From Octopus vulgaris (Eukaryota): a stretch of DNA of 64,000 nucleotides. The stretch spans positions 155,434,001-155,498,000 of the forward strand of contig OX597817.1 in assembly GCA_951406725.2 (NCBI GenBank), in the 5' to 3' direction. The notes under the pieces were generated by a model that saw only the letters and a program-made list of their open reading frames with translations, had not been told where the DNA came from and ran no database searches. Position numbers and translations under genes: made by a program. Of the stretch, positions 34,500-47,365 are shown one piece after another (position 1 is the first letter of the stretch; each line of letters opens with the position of its first letter).

Positions 34500-36710
34500 T
34501 CACTGGTTTTGCCGGGTCTTCTCACGCACAGCATACTTCCATAGGTCTCGGTCTCTGGTCATTTCCTTGGTGAGACCTAGAGTTCGAAGGTCGTGCTTCA
34601 CCACCTCGACCCAGGTTTTCCTGGGTCTACCTCTTCCACAGGTCCCCTCAACTGCCAGGGTGTGGCACTTTTTCACACACCTATCTTCATCCATTCTCAC
34701 CACATGACCATACCAGCGCAATCGTCTCTCTTGCACACCACATCTGATTCCTCTTAGGTCCAACTTTTCTCTCAAGGTACTTACACTCTGTCGACTATGA
34801 ACACTGACATTACACATCCAACGGAGCATACTAGCTTCATTTCTCGCGAGCTTACGCATGTCCTCAGCAGTCACGGCCCATGTTTCACTGCCATGTAGCA
34901 TGGCTGTTCGTACACATGCATCATACAGTCTGCCTTTTACTCTGAGCGAGAGGCCTTTAGTCACCAACAGAGGTAAGAGCTCCCTAAACTTTTCCCAGGC
35001 TATTCTTACTCTAGCCGTTACACTTTCAGCACACCCACCCCCACTACTGACTTGGTCACCAAGATAACGGAAGCTATCAACTACTTCTAGTTTTTCCCCC
35101 TGGAAAGTGACGGAAGTTGTTTTCTGCAGATTTTCAGAGGTTAATGCTCCCGAGCATCTGCCACATACAAAAACCATCTTCCTAGTTAGCCTTCCTATGA
35201 CATTGCTGCACCTCTTATGTGTCCATAGCTTACACTTGGTGCATCTTATAGAGTTTCTACCTACACCTTTTCTACAGATCGAGCAGGGCCATCTACCTGA
35301 AGGCGTTTGTGATTTGTCTACCTTCCTACTTATTAGGACTTTGGTTTTAGCTAGGTTGACTCTAAGGCCCTTCGATTCTAAACCATGCTTCCACACCTGA
35401 AACTTCTTCTCCAGTTCTGATAATGACTCAGCAATTAGAGCAAGGTCATCAGCATAGAGGAGCTCCCAGGGGCATCCTGTCTTGAATTCCTCCGTTATTG
35501 CCTGGAGGACTATGATAAATAGGAGGGGGCTGAGGACTGAGCCTTGGTGGACCCCTACCTCGACCCGGAATTCTTCACTGTACTCATTGCCAACCCTCAC
35601 CTTACTAGCAGCGTCCCTGTACATGGCTTGCACAGCTCTCACTAACCATTCATCTATTCCTAGTTTCCTCATTGACCACCATATGAGGGATAGGGGGACC
35701 CTGTCGAAGGCTTTCTCCATGTCAACAAAAGCCAGGTACAGGGGCTTATCTTTGGCTAGGTATTTCTCCTGCAGCTGCCTTACCAGGAATATAGCATCAG
35801 TGGTACTTTTCCCTGGCACGAAACCAAACTGCATCTCATCTAAACTAACTCTCTCTCTAATTAGTTGGCTTATGACCCTCTCTGTAACCTTCATCACCTG
35901 ATCCAACAGCTTGATACCTCTGTAATTATTTGTATCTAGGGCATCACCTTTACCTTTGTAGCAGTTGACTATTATGCTGCTACACCAGTCATTGGGTATG
36001 ACTCCTTCATGTATCACCTGATTAACTATACAGGTGACTAGGCTATAGCCGACACTACCAGATATTTTGAGCATCTCTGCAGCAATACCTGATGGGCCTG
36101 GGGCTTTCCCTGTCTTCATGCTTCTAATTGCCTTAGCTACTAAGGAACTATCAACCCTGATAGCTGGTCCCTCTGTTGGGTCAACGTTCGGCAGACTCTC
36201 TTTATCCCATTCATTTTCTTTATTCAGCAACCTTTCATAGTGGCGTCTCCAAGCCTCTCTCTTTGCATCCTCGTTTAGCGCAAGTGAACCATCTTCCATG
36301 CGAACACACTTCTCTCTCACACACTGTCTTGCAACGCGAAACACCTCCAGTCTTTGGTCCTCACGGTGCAGAACATTGGCAAATTTTTTCTTATCTGCTT
36401 CCCCTCTGGCTAGATAGACCTGTCTCCTAGCTTCCCTTTTAGCAGTCTGATACAATTCCCTGCTACCACCATTCTTCCAGTGCTTCCAAGTCTGTCTCTT
36501 TTCTCTAATAGCCCTGTCTACGACACTGTTCCACCACCACGTTACCTTGGGACGAGAGGGGACTTTGCACCAGCCACAGATCTGGTCAGTGGCTCTCAGC
36601 AGGTTGTCCCTTAGAAACGTCCAGTTGTCCTCTACCCCATGTGATACTCTATCCCCTTCTACTTCGTCAAAGGCTTCAAGTAACATGTCTCTAAATCTCT
36701 GTCCATTCAC
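34500..36710 (-). CDS. RTE LINE reverse transcriptase ORF (partial ORF2) with internal C4HC3 PHD-like finger
   Basis: 736 aa uninterrupted; CSIC...CTKC...HKRC...CGRC lies after the YADD motif. Confidence 0.92.
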   Translation of the reverse strand: MNGQRFRDMLLEAFDEVEGDRVSHGVEDNWTFLRDNLLRATDQICGWCKVPSRPKVTWWWNSVVDRAIREKRQTWKHWKNGGSRELYQTAKREARRQVYLARGEADKKKFANVLHREDQRLEVFRVARQCVREKCVRMEDGSLALNEDAKREAWRRHYERLLNKENEWDKESLPNVDPTEGPAIRVDSSLVAKAIRSMKTGKAPGPSGIAAEMLKISGSVGYSLVTCIVNQVIHEGVIPNDWCSSIIVNCYKGKGDALDTNNYRGIKLLDQVMKVTERVISQLIRERVSLDEMQFGFVPGKSTTDAIFLVRQLQEKYLAKDKPLYLAFVDMEKAFDRVPLSLIWWSMRKLGIDEWLVRAVQAMYRDAASKVRVGNEYSEEFRVEVGVHQGSVLSPLLFIIVLQAITEEFKTGCPWELLYADDLALIAESLSELEKKFQVWKHGLESKGLRVNLAKTKVLISRKVDKSQTPSGRWPCSICRKGVGRNSIRCTKCKLWTHKRCSNVIGRLTRKMVFVCGRCSGALTSENLQKTTSVTFQGEKLEVVDSFRYLGDQVSSGGGCAESVTARVRIAWEKFRELLPLLVTKGLSLRVKGRLYDACVRTAMLHGSETWAVTAEDMRKLARNEASMLRWMCNVSVHSRQSVSTLREKLDLRGIRCGVQERRLRWYGHVVRMDEDRCVKKCHTLAVEGTCGRGRPRKTWVEVVKHDLRTLGLTKEMTRDRDLWKYAVREKTRQNQ

Positions 36711-36895
36711 AGGATCCTTAAGCTTCCAGATCCTTCTTCTCCATGTTGGTCGTCTTCTGGTTGTCCTCCTACTCCTGATCCTAAAGTCACTAACTACCAG
36801 TCTATGTTGTGGGGTGCATTCTTCGCCTGGGAAGGTTTTGGCATTTATAAGTAGCCATCTCTCCCTTTGCCTGGCAAGGATATATATATATATAT

Positions 36896-37289
36896 CTTTT
36901 ACTCTTTTACTCTTTTACTTGTTTCAGTCATTTGACTGCGGCCATGCTGGAGCACCGCCTTTAGTCGAGCAAATCGACCCCGGGACTTATTCTTTGTAAG
37001 CCCAGTACTTATTCTATCGGTCTCTTTTGCTGAACCGCTAAGTGACGGGGACGTAAACACACCAGCATCGGTTGTCAAGCAATGCTAGGGGGACAAACAC
37101 ACAAACACACACATACACATATATACATATATACAACAGGCTTCTTTCAGTTTCCGTCTACCAAATCCACTCACAAGGCATTGGTCGGCCCGGGGCTATA
37201 GCAGAAGACACTTGCCCAAGATGCCACACAGTGGGACTGAACCCGAAACCATGTGGCTGGTTAGCAAGCTACTTACCACACAGCCACTC
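36896..37289 (-). mobile_element. SINE family B abutting the truncated 5' end of the RTE
   Basis: Consensus match. Confidence 0.9.
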
Positions 37290-37439
37290 ATATATATATA
37301 TATATATATGATGGGCTTCTTTCAGTTTCTGTCAACCAAATCCACTTAAGGTTTTGGTCAGCCCCAGGCTATAATAGATGACATTTTCCCAAGGTACTAT
37401 GCAACCATATGGTTGGGAAGAAACCTTTTTACCACACAG

Positions 37440-37810
37440 CCACACAATTTTTTTGAAATTATTACTGAAATATATTATAATCATTCCCAGAAACTTGTTA
37501 ACTATGATGTCATTAGGTTTATCAGTTAGAAGACTAAATTTTTTAGTTTCTACATGAGAAATCAAATCTCCACTAAAGTGTATAACAAGCACCTTCTCTA
37601 CAACACTTGTGTATTTGGTGTGATGTGATTTCATTCTGGAAACAATTTTGTTATCAGGTATTTTGCTATTTTTGCACAAATCTAAAAAGAAATTATCATA
37701 GGCAACAAATACATGTTGCTAATTTAACTTCAATCATTGAGGCTTTATCACATTTTCTAATCAAAAAATTTATGACAGGAATTGCTTTAACTGGAACCTT
37801 TGTCATACAT
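37440..37810 (-). mobile_element. Degraded hAT transposase, N-terminal catalytic part (likely the same element as 31050-32160)
   Basis: HHTKYTSVVEKVLVIHF...KFSLLTDKPNDIIVNKFLGMIIIYFS...KIV matches the hAT FSL.IDESTD block. Confidence 0.72.
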
Positions 37811-38166
37811 ATTTTAACCCCTTAGCATTTAAACTGTCTATATCCAGCCAAAATATTCTATTTGTTTTATGTTCAAACTGATCAAATCCAGTCTCTCAGA
37901 ACTATCCTACAATATCACATGAAAAGTAAATAATCACTACTTTGAAATCTCAAAGCTATGAGATACTGCATGATTAATTCAAGATAATGTGAACGCACAA
38001 GCATTACTTTTGACAGAGTAATCTAAATGCTAAACAGTTAACAAGGACTAACCAACATAGAATATTTTGCTGTGATGTTAAATTTTGGAAATTTTCTGTA
38101 TGCTTCAGAAAGACCAGGAAAAACTTCACATATACATATATGTACACATGTATACATATACATATA

Positions 38167-38541
38167 GGCGCAGGAGTGGCTGTGTGGTAAGTAGCTTGCT
38201 AACCACATGGTTTCAGGTTCAGTCCCACTGCGTGGCATCTTGGGCAGGTGTCTTCTGCTATAGCCTCGGCCCGACCAAAACCTTGTGAGTGGATTTGGTG
38301 GACAGAAACTGAAAGAAGCCTGTCGTATATATGTATATATGTATGTGTGTGTGTGTGTTGCTTGACAACCGATGCTGGTGTGTTTACGTCCCCGTCACTT
38401 AGCGGTTCGGCAAAAGAGACCGATAGAATAAGTACTGGGCTTACAACGAATAAGTCCCGGGGTCAATTTGCTCGACTAAAGGCGGTGCTCCAGCATGGCC
38501 ACAGTCAAATGGCTGAAACAAGTAAAAGAGTAAAAGAGTAA
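38167..38541 (+). mobile_element. SINE family B
   Basis: Consensus match. Confidence 0.88.
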
Positions 38542-39879
38542 TATCTACTCACTAAATATTGATATAGTAAGCCCAGTGGCGGCTCATGTATAGGAATTGT
38601 GGAACTGCTACATATGATGTTTACTTTCTCTGTTAGCTTGCCAATGATTCCACTCCACTACTTGTGCTTCCATAACACTGAAGACACCATATGGGATTTC
38701 TGCCTACTCCTTTTTGGCATATTAAGGCACAGTCATTGTCCTAATGGCAGCAGAGCCCTGTCTTTTTCCAATTAACTAAATCTCAAGTCTTTGCTCAGTT
38801 TACTTTGAAACTTCTCAATTTTAGATGTTTCCATGTCTGAAATTTTTTTTTCCTAAATTTTCAATAGAAAGTCACTTGGTGACCCCCATCAGTGCAGGTT
38901 CCCCCTTAAAAAGCACCTAGTCCACACTGTAAAGTGGTTGGCATTTGGAAGGGCATCCAGCTGTAAAAACCACACCAAAACTAACCTCTCCTATGCAAGT
39001 GCCATGTAAAAAGCACTCAGCCCACTCTACAGAGTGGTTGGTGTTAGGAAGGGCATCCAGCTGTAAAAACCACACCAAAACTAACCTCTCCTATGCAAGT
39101 GCCATGTAAAAAGCACTCAGCCCACTCTACAGAGTGGTTGGTGTTAGGAAGGGCATCCAGCTGTAAAAACCATGCCAAAACACACTCAGAAGCTTAGTGC
39201 GTGCTCCCACCTAGCCAGCTCCTGCCAGACAATCCAACCCATGCCAGTATGGAAGGAGGATGTTAAACAGTGATGATTCAGCTATAAGAACAAGGTCATC
39301 AGCATACAGGAATTCCCATGGAATGCCAGTTTTAAACTTTTCTATTAGGAGATAGCCTGGGGATGAGAACTAAGTTCTGTCTGCATGCTAAATCTGTCAC
39401 TAAATACATTGCTATCTTGTACCTGGCTGTCTGCACTTCCCAATAAAAAGATGGCAGTCTATATATGGTCATGGGAAAACGTCAATGAAAATATGACATT
39501 GAAAGTGTTTACTATGTGGAGTTACATGAAAACTGAAACAGCATTGTTTCTTCAACATGGATAAACATTCAAATAATTCAGAAATAATATTTAACTGGCC
39601 AAAATATTGTCGTAAAATGTTATAAAGGAAAAATACCTTTTCACAAATAAGTTATCTTAGTTATACTATTAGCATATCTGGCAATTACTAATTTGGCAAA
39701 ATGCAAATGAAGAATCAACATTTGTTTCAAATGGTCATATACTATCATGTGTTCATTCAAAATACAGGAAATCTTATTGTATTATTTATATATTTCAATG
39801 GAAAAGAACATACCATAATTTTATGAGCTGAAGTGGTAAGTGAGTGAGTTCACAGAGCTCATTCATCACAATGAAAATT

Positions 39880-40720
39880 TGTCACTAATTTTGGTACCAG
39901 ATGTATTGGCAGTTGGTGCTACAGTGATTCTCTTACAACATAAAAATATTGTTGAATGTCCATTGGCTCATGCATCTAAAGCATTACTTGCACATGAATA
40001 GTATTATTCATGAATAAATAAAGAAGTATTGTCTATTATTTTCAGTTTTCATAAATTTAATTAATTCCTATAGACACAACATTTTTAATTAACTCTTTTG
40101 CCACCACATTTCTGTTGAAATATGCTGCTTTTGTTTCATTTTGAAAATACTGAAGTATTTAGTAAAATAATTTTGTCTTTATTAAACTGGTGTTTCTGAA
40201 CAAAAACCAACAGGAAATTTTGATGGAAGGTTTATAATTTAAGTCACTTCAGAATGGTAAATTTCTATCATAGAACCGAGGCAGTCTCAAGTGGGTTGGT
40301 ATTAAAAGGGTTTATTACCAATTGTAGGTTGCTAATATGCATGTCCATATAAAATTAAAATATGCAAGGGCTTACATCTCAATCGCTGTATTATTGCATG
40401 ATGTTATGGGTGTTGCAGAAATATGAAATACGATATAAAGCCTTGAAGCAACATGAAAATGGTGATGTATTAACAAGTCTGTCAGTTGGACCTCATTACA
40501 ATTTTAACAAAAATCATAAAAATCATATTCTATTTGGATTTAAAGTACAAGAAATTATTAATGAAAGTCTCAATAGAATACCAGTTGAGTCAGCCATGAA
40601 GTCTGATATTGATATTTGTTGAACTATTCATTGATAATAGGTGGCTGAAAAAAACGAATATTGAAGATGACAACGAATACATATTAACTACACCAAACTA
40701 TTTTATGATAAAATGTAGGA
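39880..40720 (+). mobile_element. Gypsy LTR retrotransposon RNase H remnant, split by a TTAA-type MITE (about 40090-40312)
   Basis: PLAHASKALL.HE..YS.INKEVLSIIF...KF and YEIRYK..KQHENGDVLTSL. Confidence 0.7.
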
Positions 40721-40974
40721 ATGTAGGTTATTATCATTGACTCATACTGAAAATTTCCATGTGATGTAGAAACAACATCAGACAATAGAATTCAGTTTAT
40801 GTCATTAAATATAATTTTGCAAAAAAAAAACAAACAAAAATTATTGGTATGAAACATTTGACCTCATATTTACAGAGTTCCATCGTCAGATGTAGAAACA
40901 AAAACAGACAACGGAACTCAACTTATGTCATTTAAATTTAAATAATTTTGCAAAAAAAAACCAAATTGGTATCT

Positions 40975-41105
40975 AACCAACCACATGGTTTCGAGTTCAG
41001 TCCCACTGCGTGGCACCTTGGGCAAGTGTCTTCTACTATAGCCTTGGGCCGACCAAAGCCTTGTGAGTGGATTTGGTTGACGGAAACTGAAAGAAGCCCG
41101 TCATA

Positions 41106-41157
<52 letters not shown>

Positions 41158-41370
41158 TGTGTGTGTTTGTGTGTCTGTATTTGTCCCCCTAGCATTGCTT
41201 GACAACTGATGCTGGTGTGTTTATGTCCCCGTTACTTAGCGGTTCAGCAAAAGAAACTGATAAAATAAGTACTGGGCTTACAAAAGAATAAGTTCCGGGG
41301 TCGAGTTGCTCGACTAAAGGCGGTGCTCCAGCATGGCCGCAGTCAAATGACTGAAACAAGTAAAAGAGTA
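40975..41370 (+). mobile_element. SINE family B (5' clipped)
   Basis: Consensus match. Confidence 0.88.
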
Positions 41371-42419
41371 AACATTTGACCTCACCTTTCTAGAGTACTT
41401 TGTTTAAATGTTCAAAGGAATTATAAGACGAAAATAAAAACATGTTTTGAAAATCATTCATTGGTGAAAGGACAATAAATTTTTTTATTCTCATAGCATT
41501 CTACTCCTTCTTTATTATAGCCACAAGGGCTCAAAGTAGAGGGGGCACAAATAAGAACAGACAGGACAAATAAGGACAGGACACCACAGAGGGGATAATA
41601 CATAAAACGAATATAATAATGAGATTATGAATGGCTGCATGTGCCCCTCATCACATGCAGTACCATTAATCTTGTTTACAGTCCATTATTTTCGGGTATT
41701 TACATAACAATTAATTAACATGTAACATAACATTGCAAGTCGCCAATCTGTATATTCTCCAACGGCCTACATCGGATTCTTGATGCATTACCTTTCCAAT
41801 AAAAAGTCTTATCACTCGCTTTCCATTGATTGAGGTCTATCTAAAAGACAGTCCTTTTTTAATGGTATCACGTTATCCCAGTCGATTACTGGTTCCAACT
41901 TTTCAAACTCGACTTTAAACTGTACCTTTCCCAAATCGCACCTTTCTTTTAACTCCTCATAGCAATTCGGTTCTATTATTAGTTCTTTCGTTGCTGTAAC
42001 CCTTAGGTAATTTTACCCATGTTACTGGCTTCATTTTCAGGATCTCTGCTTCTGTATGTATTCTCCTTTGGTATTCTACATAATACCATCTCTTCTTCGT
42101 CTGGTTTTCACTCCCTCCTTCATTCCTTTTTTCTTCACCTCTCTTCATCTCATAGCACTCTATACCACATCGAGTATCACATGGAAAATAGCCAACAGAA
42201 ATACTGCCTGGATGCTGACCACAAGCAATTACGTTTCTCAAGCACCAAACCATGATTAACCGAAAGACAAACAGTGGACATACTCTTAGCAGAAAAGTGG
42301 GTAACTGAGGTAGTCAGAGTGTGCCATAGGGTTATTAAGTTGAGACTTATCATAGTTCTGTGATGCAAATGAATTTAAGATCTGCAACACTAACTTTAGA
42401 AAGCCAGCCAGCCACCTAA

Positions 42420-44076
42420 TTATTGATCAGTCTAGTGGGAATAATAAGCCAGGTTGATTACCTCCCCACCAAGCAACAAGACAGACTGCTGCTCATAAAT
42501 GCCAAGTCTTTCCCAGGTGAAGAGTGTACATGCCTACATAGGTTGCTAGTTAGTGACTTCAGAATTAGGGCTAGAGAGACATAAGCCACACTGGGAAAGA
42601 AGATTATGGAAGCTAAAAGACCCAGCAAACCAACAAAAATTTAGAGACATTCTACTGGAAGCCTCTGATGATAGAGAGGAGGAGGAGGAGGAAGAGACGT
42701 ATAACTTAGAGGATAACTAGAAGTTCCTGCAGGACAATTTACTGGGTGCCACTGACCAAATCTGTTGTTGGTGCAAAGTTCTAGCTAGGCAGAGGGTGAC
42801 TTGGTGGTGGAACAAGGAAGTGGACGGTGCTATAAAAGCAAAGAGACAGGCCTGGAAGGACTGAAAAATGGGGGAAGCAAAGCATTATATCAGGGAGCCA
42901 GAAGGGAGGCTAGGCAACAGGTTTACATAGCAAAAGGAATATCAGAAGGTAAGAAGTTTGCCAATGTTATACAGCATGAGGATCAGAGGTGTGAAGTGTT
43001 CAGGATTGCAAAGCAGTGTATCAGAGAGATGTGGTAGGTGAGAAATGTGTGCAAATGGAGAAGTGAGAAAGGAGATAAAACTCTCATTCTGGCTGGTAAA
43101 TAGCTCTGCACAATTTGTAGGAAAGGAGTGGGATGTGATTCCATTTGCTGCACCAAGTGTAAACTATGGATGCATAAGAGATGCAGTTGAATCATGGGTA
43201 GGTCACTTCCGTATGTGGCAGATGCACAGGAACAATAAGTACTAAGAGCACAAGGGACTTAACCCTTTCGTTACCAACCCGCCTGAAACCGCCCCTGGCT
43301 CTGTAGTACAAATGTCTTGTTTTCTTAAGTTTTGAATTAAAATCTTCCACCAAGCCTTAGTTACAATTTATGTTCCTAATACAAGCTTGATGATAACTAA
43401 GTTATTTTACTAAATTCTTAATTTGATTTTAAGTAATTGAAAGAAACACAGAACATCTCAAAATAAATATGGTAACAAAAGGGTTAAACTCTCTCAAATG
43501 CCCAGGTGGCTCTCTTGAGGTAGTAGATAATTCCTGCTATTCAGGCGACCAAATTAGCAACAATGGTGGATGCTCTGAAAGTATTGTTTCTAGAATAAGA
43601 ATAGGATGGAGGAAGTTCAGAGAACTGCTACTTTTGTTGGCAGCAAAAGGACTCCCTTTCAGAGTGAAAGGTAAATTGTATGATGCTTGTGTGAGAACAG
43701 CTATGTTACATGGGCTCTGACTGCAGAGCACATGTGTAGACTGAAGAGGTAGTATGCTCCATTGGATTTGCAACATCAGTATGCATGACTGATGAAGCAC
43801 TACTGTGTTGAGAGAAAAGTTATGCATAAGAGGGATTAAATGTGGCATGCAGGAGCTGAGAATGCATTGCTTTGGACATGTGATGCGTATGTGTGAAGAC
43901 AGCTGTGTACAGAAATGCCTGTCACTGAAAGTGGATGGTACCTGTGGTAAAAGGAGACCCAGGAAGACATGGGATGAAGTGGTGAAGACCAATCTTAAGA
44001 TGTTGGGGCTCACAGAGGAAATGACAACAGACCAAGATATTTGGCGATGTGAATTTCTAGAGAAGACCCATCCATA
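42420..44076 (+). mobile_element. Degraded RTE LINE with most of the RT deleted, interrupted by a TTAA MITE
   Basis: ORF pieces 42801.., 43469.. and 43805.. align to the 34500..36710 protein; multiple stops and frameshifts. Confidence 0.88.
43263..43483. mobile_element. piggyBac-type MITE, 221 bp, same family as 17463-17683 in opposite orientation
   Basis: TTAA TSD; TIR ccctttcgttacc / ggtaacaaaaggg; sits inside an RTE remnant. Confidence 0.88.
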
Positions 44077-44579
44077 AAACTGAGTGTTAGAAGAGCTGTG
44101 TCCTACCCACATGTAACAACACACTTTTCACCCACTCTATCCTAAGAAACTGAACAACTCCTCTTCTGACTGCATCTTTCGCTTCCTCTTCATAAACTAT
44201 GTCTTCTAATCTCCTTCCTTGCCCTCATTGCTCTGCTCACTGTATCGCTGCTCCCCACTCCCCCCAACACCCTATTTTTCTACCTAGGTTCTATACTCAG
44301 ATCTTCTGGGAAACAAATCCAGGAGTAATGTTGTTTACGGAAGACCACCAGTTGCCCATGCATACCAGTCTCCCCTCACCATTGCCACCAATGTTATCCA
44401 ACGGAAAGACAAAGGCTAATACAGCTTGACATCTGTGACATTGCAACTCGTTTCTACGGTTGAGTGAACTGCAGCAATGTGAAATAAAGTGTCTTCCTCA
44501 AGTACACAACACACAGCCCAATCCAGGAATCGAACTCACTACCTTATTGTGAGCCCAGTGCTCTAACCACTGAGCCATG

Positions 44580-44950
44580 ATATATATATATATAAAGCTG
44601 AAGTTGTCTTGGCAGGTTTGGTAGCCTTCAACTAACACTATCTCCTCCGAGACCCTGCGGTGCAAGTTGACCAAAATTGAGAGTATGATAGAAGAAGGCT
44701 TGCTCTTCCTTTCTTAAAAGAAAAATTCAAATTGGACCATGTTAACATCAAAAAGGTGCATTTTTTTCTATGAAAATCCCTATTTTTTATGATTTTTTGA
44801 CTGCTGTGTTGCCATTTTCAGTGTATTTCAACCAGAAAAATGTTCACTTAAAGAGAATAACAAGCTACATAATGCAAAATTTTTACTTTTCAAAAATTCC
44901 AATTCTAAAGGGTCGAAACAAACCCAAGCAACACCAGGCGATACTACTAG
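44580..44950 (+). mobile_element. Non-autonomous Helitron
   Basis: Ends cccaagcaacaccaggcgatactaCTAG|T, the same type of 3' terminus as 8070-8447. Confidence 0.7.
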
Positions 44951-45048
44951 TATATATATAAAACACGTGTGTGAATTAGTGTAATATAGTGTGTGACAAG
45001 CTGGATGTTTGAATTACAGGTTTCTGCTCAATTTTTTTGTCAACTCAA

Positions 45049-45437
45049 TGTGAAAAGTCTGGCTGCATCCGAAAAATATATATTATGAAACAAAAATAAA
45101 CATATATATTATGAAACAAAAATAAACACAAAATTTATTACACGAAAATGTTACCACCACGACAGTCAACTATTTGACGCCGAACACGAGTTTGATGTTG
45201 AATACATCCACGAATTTTCCGCTCAGCTCTTCCCAAGACTGCAAGACGGCTTCGTGCAATTCATGCCTCACTGATTTGTTCACCTCGCCTGCGAGCCATC
45301 TAAAGTTAATAATGATTCTGCTAATTCCACGTGTAAACATGTGTTGAATAGAACTCACTGAATAAATCTTAATTAACTGTGTTGTCAGTTGTATGCACCT
45401 GACATATGCTAACGTGTATGCAGCCAGACTTTTCACA
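45049..45437 (-). mobile_element. Tc1-derived MITE
   Basis: 20-bp TIR tgtgaaaagtctggctgcat / atgcagccagacttttcaca; internal ELHEAVLQSWEEL resembles a Tc1 transposase C-terminus. Confidence 0.7.
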
Positions 45438-46922
45438 CAGAGGATATGTATTATAAATGTTGTTAGTATTAGTTGTTTCTAGGTAGAAATCCCACAGAAA
45501 TTGACATTGCTTTTCATTTCTTCTGGATCGATAATCTAATCAACAAGTGAAGCCGATGTAATCGATTGTTTTTCCTTCACATCTGCTTATGTAAGAAATC
45601 AATATTATGTTTAATATTGAATCAAAGTATCAAATAATCTCTTGTTAAAACTTATAGGAATAATAAATTCTCACTGATGGAAGTTTTATGTTAATGTAGA
45701 AGCTCTCTACTCTGGAGATTAACAAGTAAGACCACTTGTACATCAAGTATAACTCATCATCATCATCATCATCGTCCGGCATGGATTGGACAATTCAACA
45801 GGAGCTGGCGAGCTAGAGGTCAGTGCTAAGCTCCAATGTCAGCTTTGGTATGGTTCCTACAGCTAGATGTCCTTCCTACTACCAACCACTTTACAAAGTG
45901 TAAAAGGTAATTTTTACATGGCACTAGCACTAGTAAGGTAACCTAGTAACTCACAGTACAAGACCCTTCAACTGAGGGTGGTGTAGTATTTAGGAGGGCT
46001 TTATGGTCAGATGATGAGAGGTTAAAGTATGGTAGAGTGACAGGAACAAGTATCTTGCTGTAGAGGTGATACATGGCAACCCCAGTTGGGAAAGAGAGAA
46101 GATGAAGAAGTGTTAGGTTGTGTTTTCAAATTACAGGAATGTGAATATAAGAAAAAAGGGCAACAAGGACTGGATAGGGTGAGCTGGTACATAAGTAAGT
46201 CCAGAAGAGTGTGTAAAGAGAATGGCATATGGCTACACAGATGGAGATAGAGGAGAATACAGCAAGTGGTGAACATGGGTGGAGAGAGTTGGGTGTTAGG
46301 AAGATAATTAATGAGGGAGAGGTTGATTCATTAATAACAGAATGTGTGTAGGGGCATAGACACAAACAATATGCTTTCAAGGCCTCATTTTTGTTTAGAT
46401 TAATGTTTTATCAAAAGTTCCAACAATTCATAAGCCAATCCTCATGATAACCTCAACCATTTCCAAATGTTCAATTTGATTTGTAATGAATTTATTTTAT
46501 TTGCAAAAGTATTAAGTATAGAACTGGTAGAGGGTTAGGTTAAATACCTTACAGTGGTTAATTTTGCCATTTTATGTCCTTTGAATTTTCATCCCTCCAA
46601 AGTAAACAATCCAACAAGGATTGCCTTATCTTTTAATTAGGTATACTATATCTAAAACTACATGATTCAACACAATCATTTTTAAGAAGACAAGATATAG
46701 TTTAATGGAGACTTGGTTGCTCTTTCTAGCAATCAAGTGACCAGATAGAGCCTCCTTCAACAAAGCTAATGAGAGCCAGTAACATATAATGAAGTCAATT
46801 CATTTGATTTTAGTTTCATCTTTACAAATTTGTGGCCTCATACCAAGTTAGAAATCCATACTTTAAAGTGTTGTTTTACACTCTGGTCTCCATTTTCAAC
46901 TGCCTAAGATAACTAAAATATT

Positions 46923-47082
46923 AGGAGTGGCTGTGTGGTAAGTAGCTTGTTTACCAACCACATGGTCCCGGGTTCAGTCCCACTGCATGGCACCTTGGGC
47001 AAGTGTCTTCTACTATTGCCTCGGGCCGACCAAAGCCTTGTGAGTGGATATGGTAGACGGAAACTGAAAGAAGCCTGTCGTA

Positions 47083-47147
<65 letters not shown>

Positions 47148-47365
47148 TTGTGTGTCTGTGTTTGTCCCCCTAGCATTGCTTGACAACCGATGCTGGTGTG
47201 TTTATGTCCCCGTTACTTAGCGGTTCGGCAAAAGAGACCGATAGAATAAGTACTGGGCTTACAACAGAATAAGTCCCGGTGTCGAGTTGCTTGATTAAAG
47301 ACGGTGCTCCAGCAAGGCCGCAGTCAGATGACTGAAACAAGTAAAAGAGTAAAAGAGTAAAGAGT
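46923..47365 (+). mobile_element. SINE family B
   Basis: Consensus match. Confidence 0.9.

Larger units (their letters stand above)
33795..36879 (-). mobile_element. Young 5'-truncated RTE-clade LINE: end of APE domain, intact RT, 3'UTR with about 60-bp tandem repeats and (GAT)n tail
   Basis: ORF 34500..36710 with KAPGPSG, NYRGIKLL, QFGF, FVDMEKAFDRV, GVHQGSVLSP, LLYADD and GRGRPRKTW; the frame stays open upstream through PGEECTPQHRLVV; (TA)n at both ends. Confidence 0.95.

Noticed and set aside
38930-39170. 108-bp exact direct duplication
   Set aside because: Local tandem duplication inside an RTE-tail element with no further structure.
41500-42400. Possible L1/Tx1 3' remnant sharing a tail with SINE family A
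   Set aside because: Only weak tail similarity and no clear protein motif; cannot be supported by eye.
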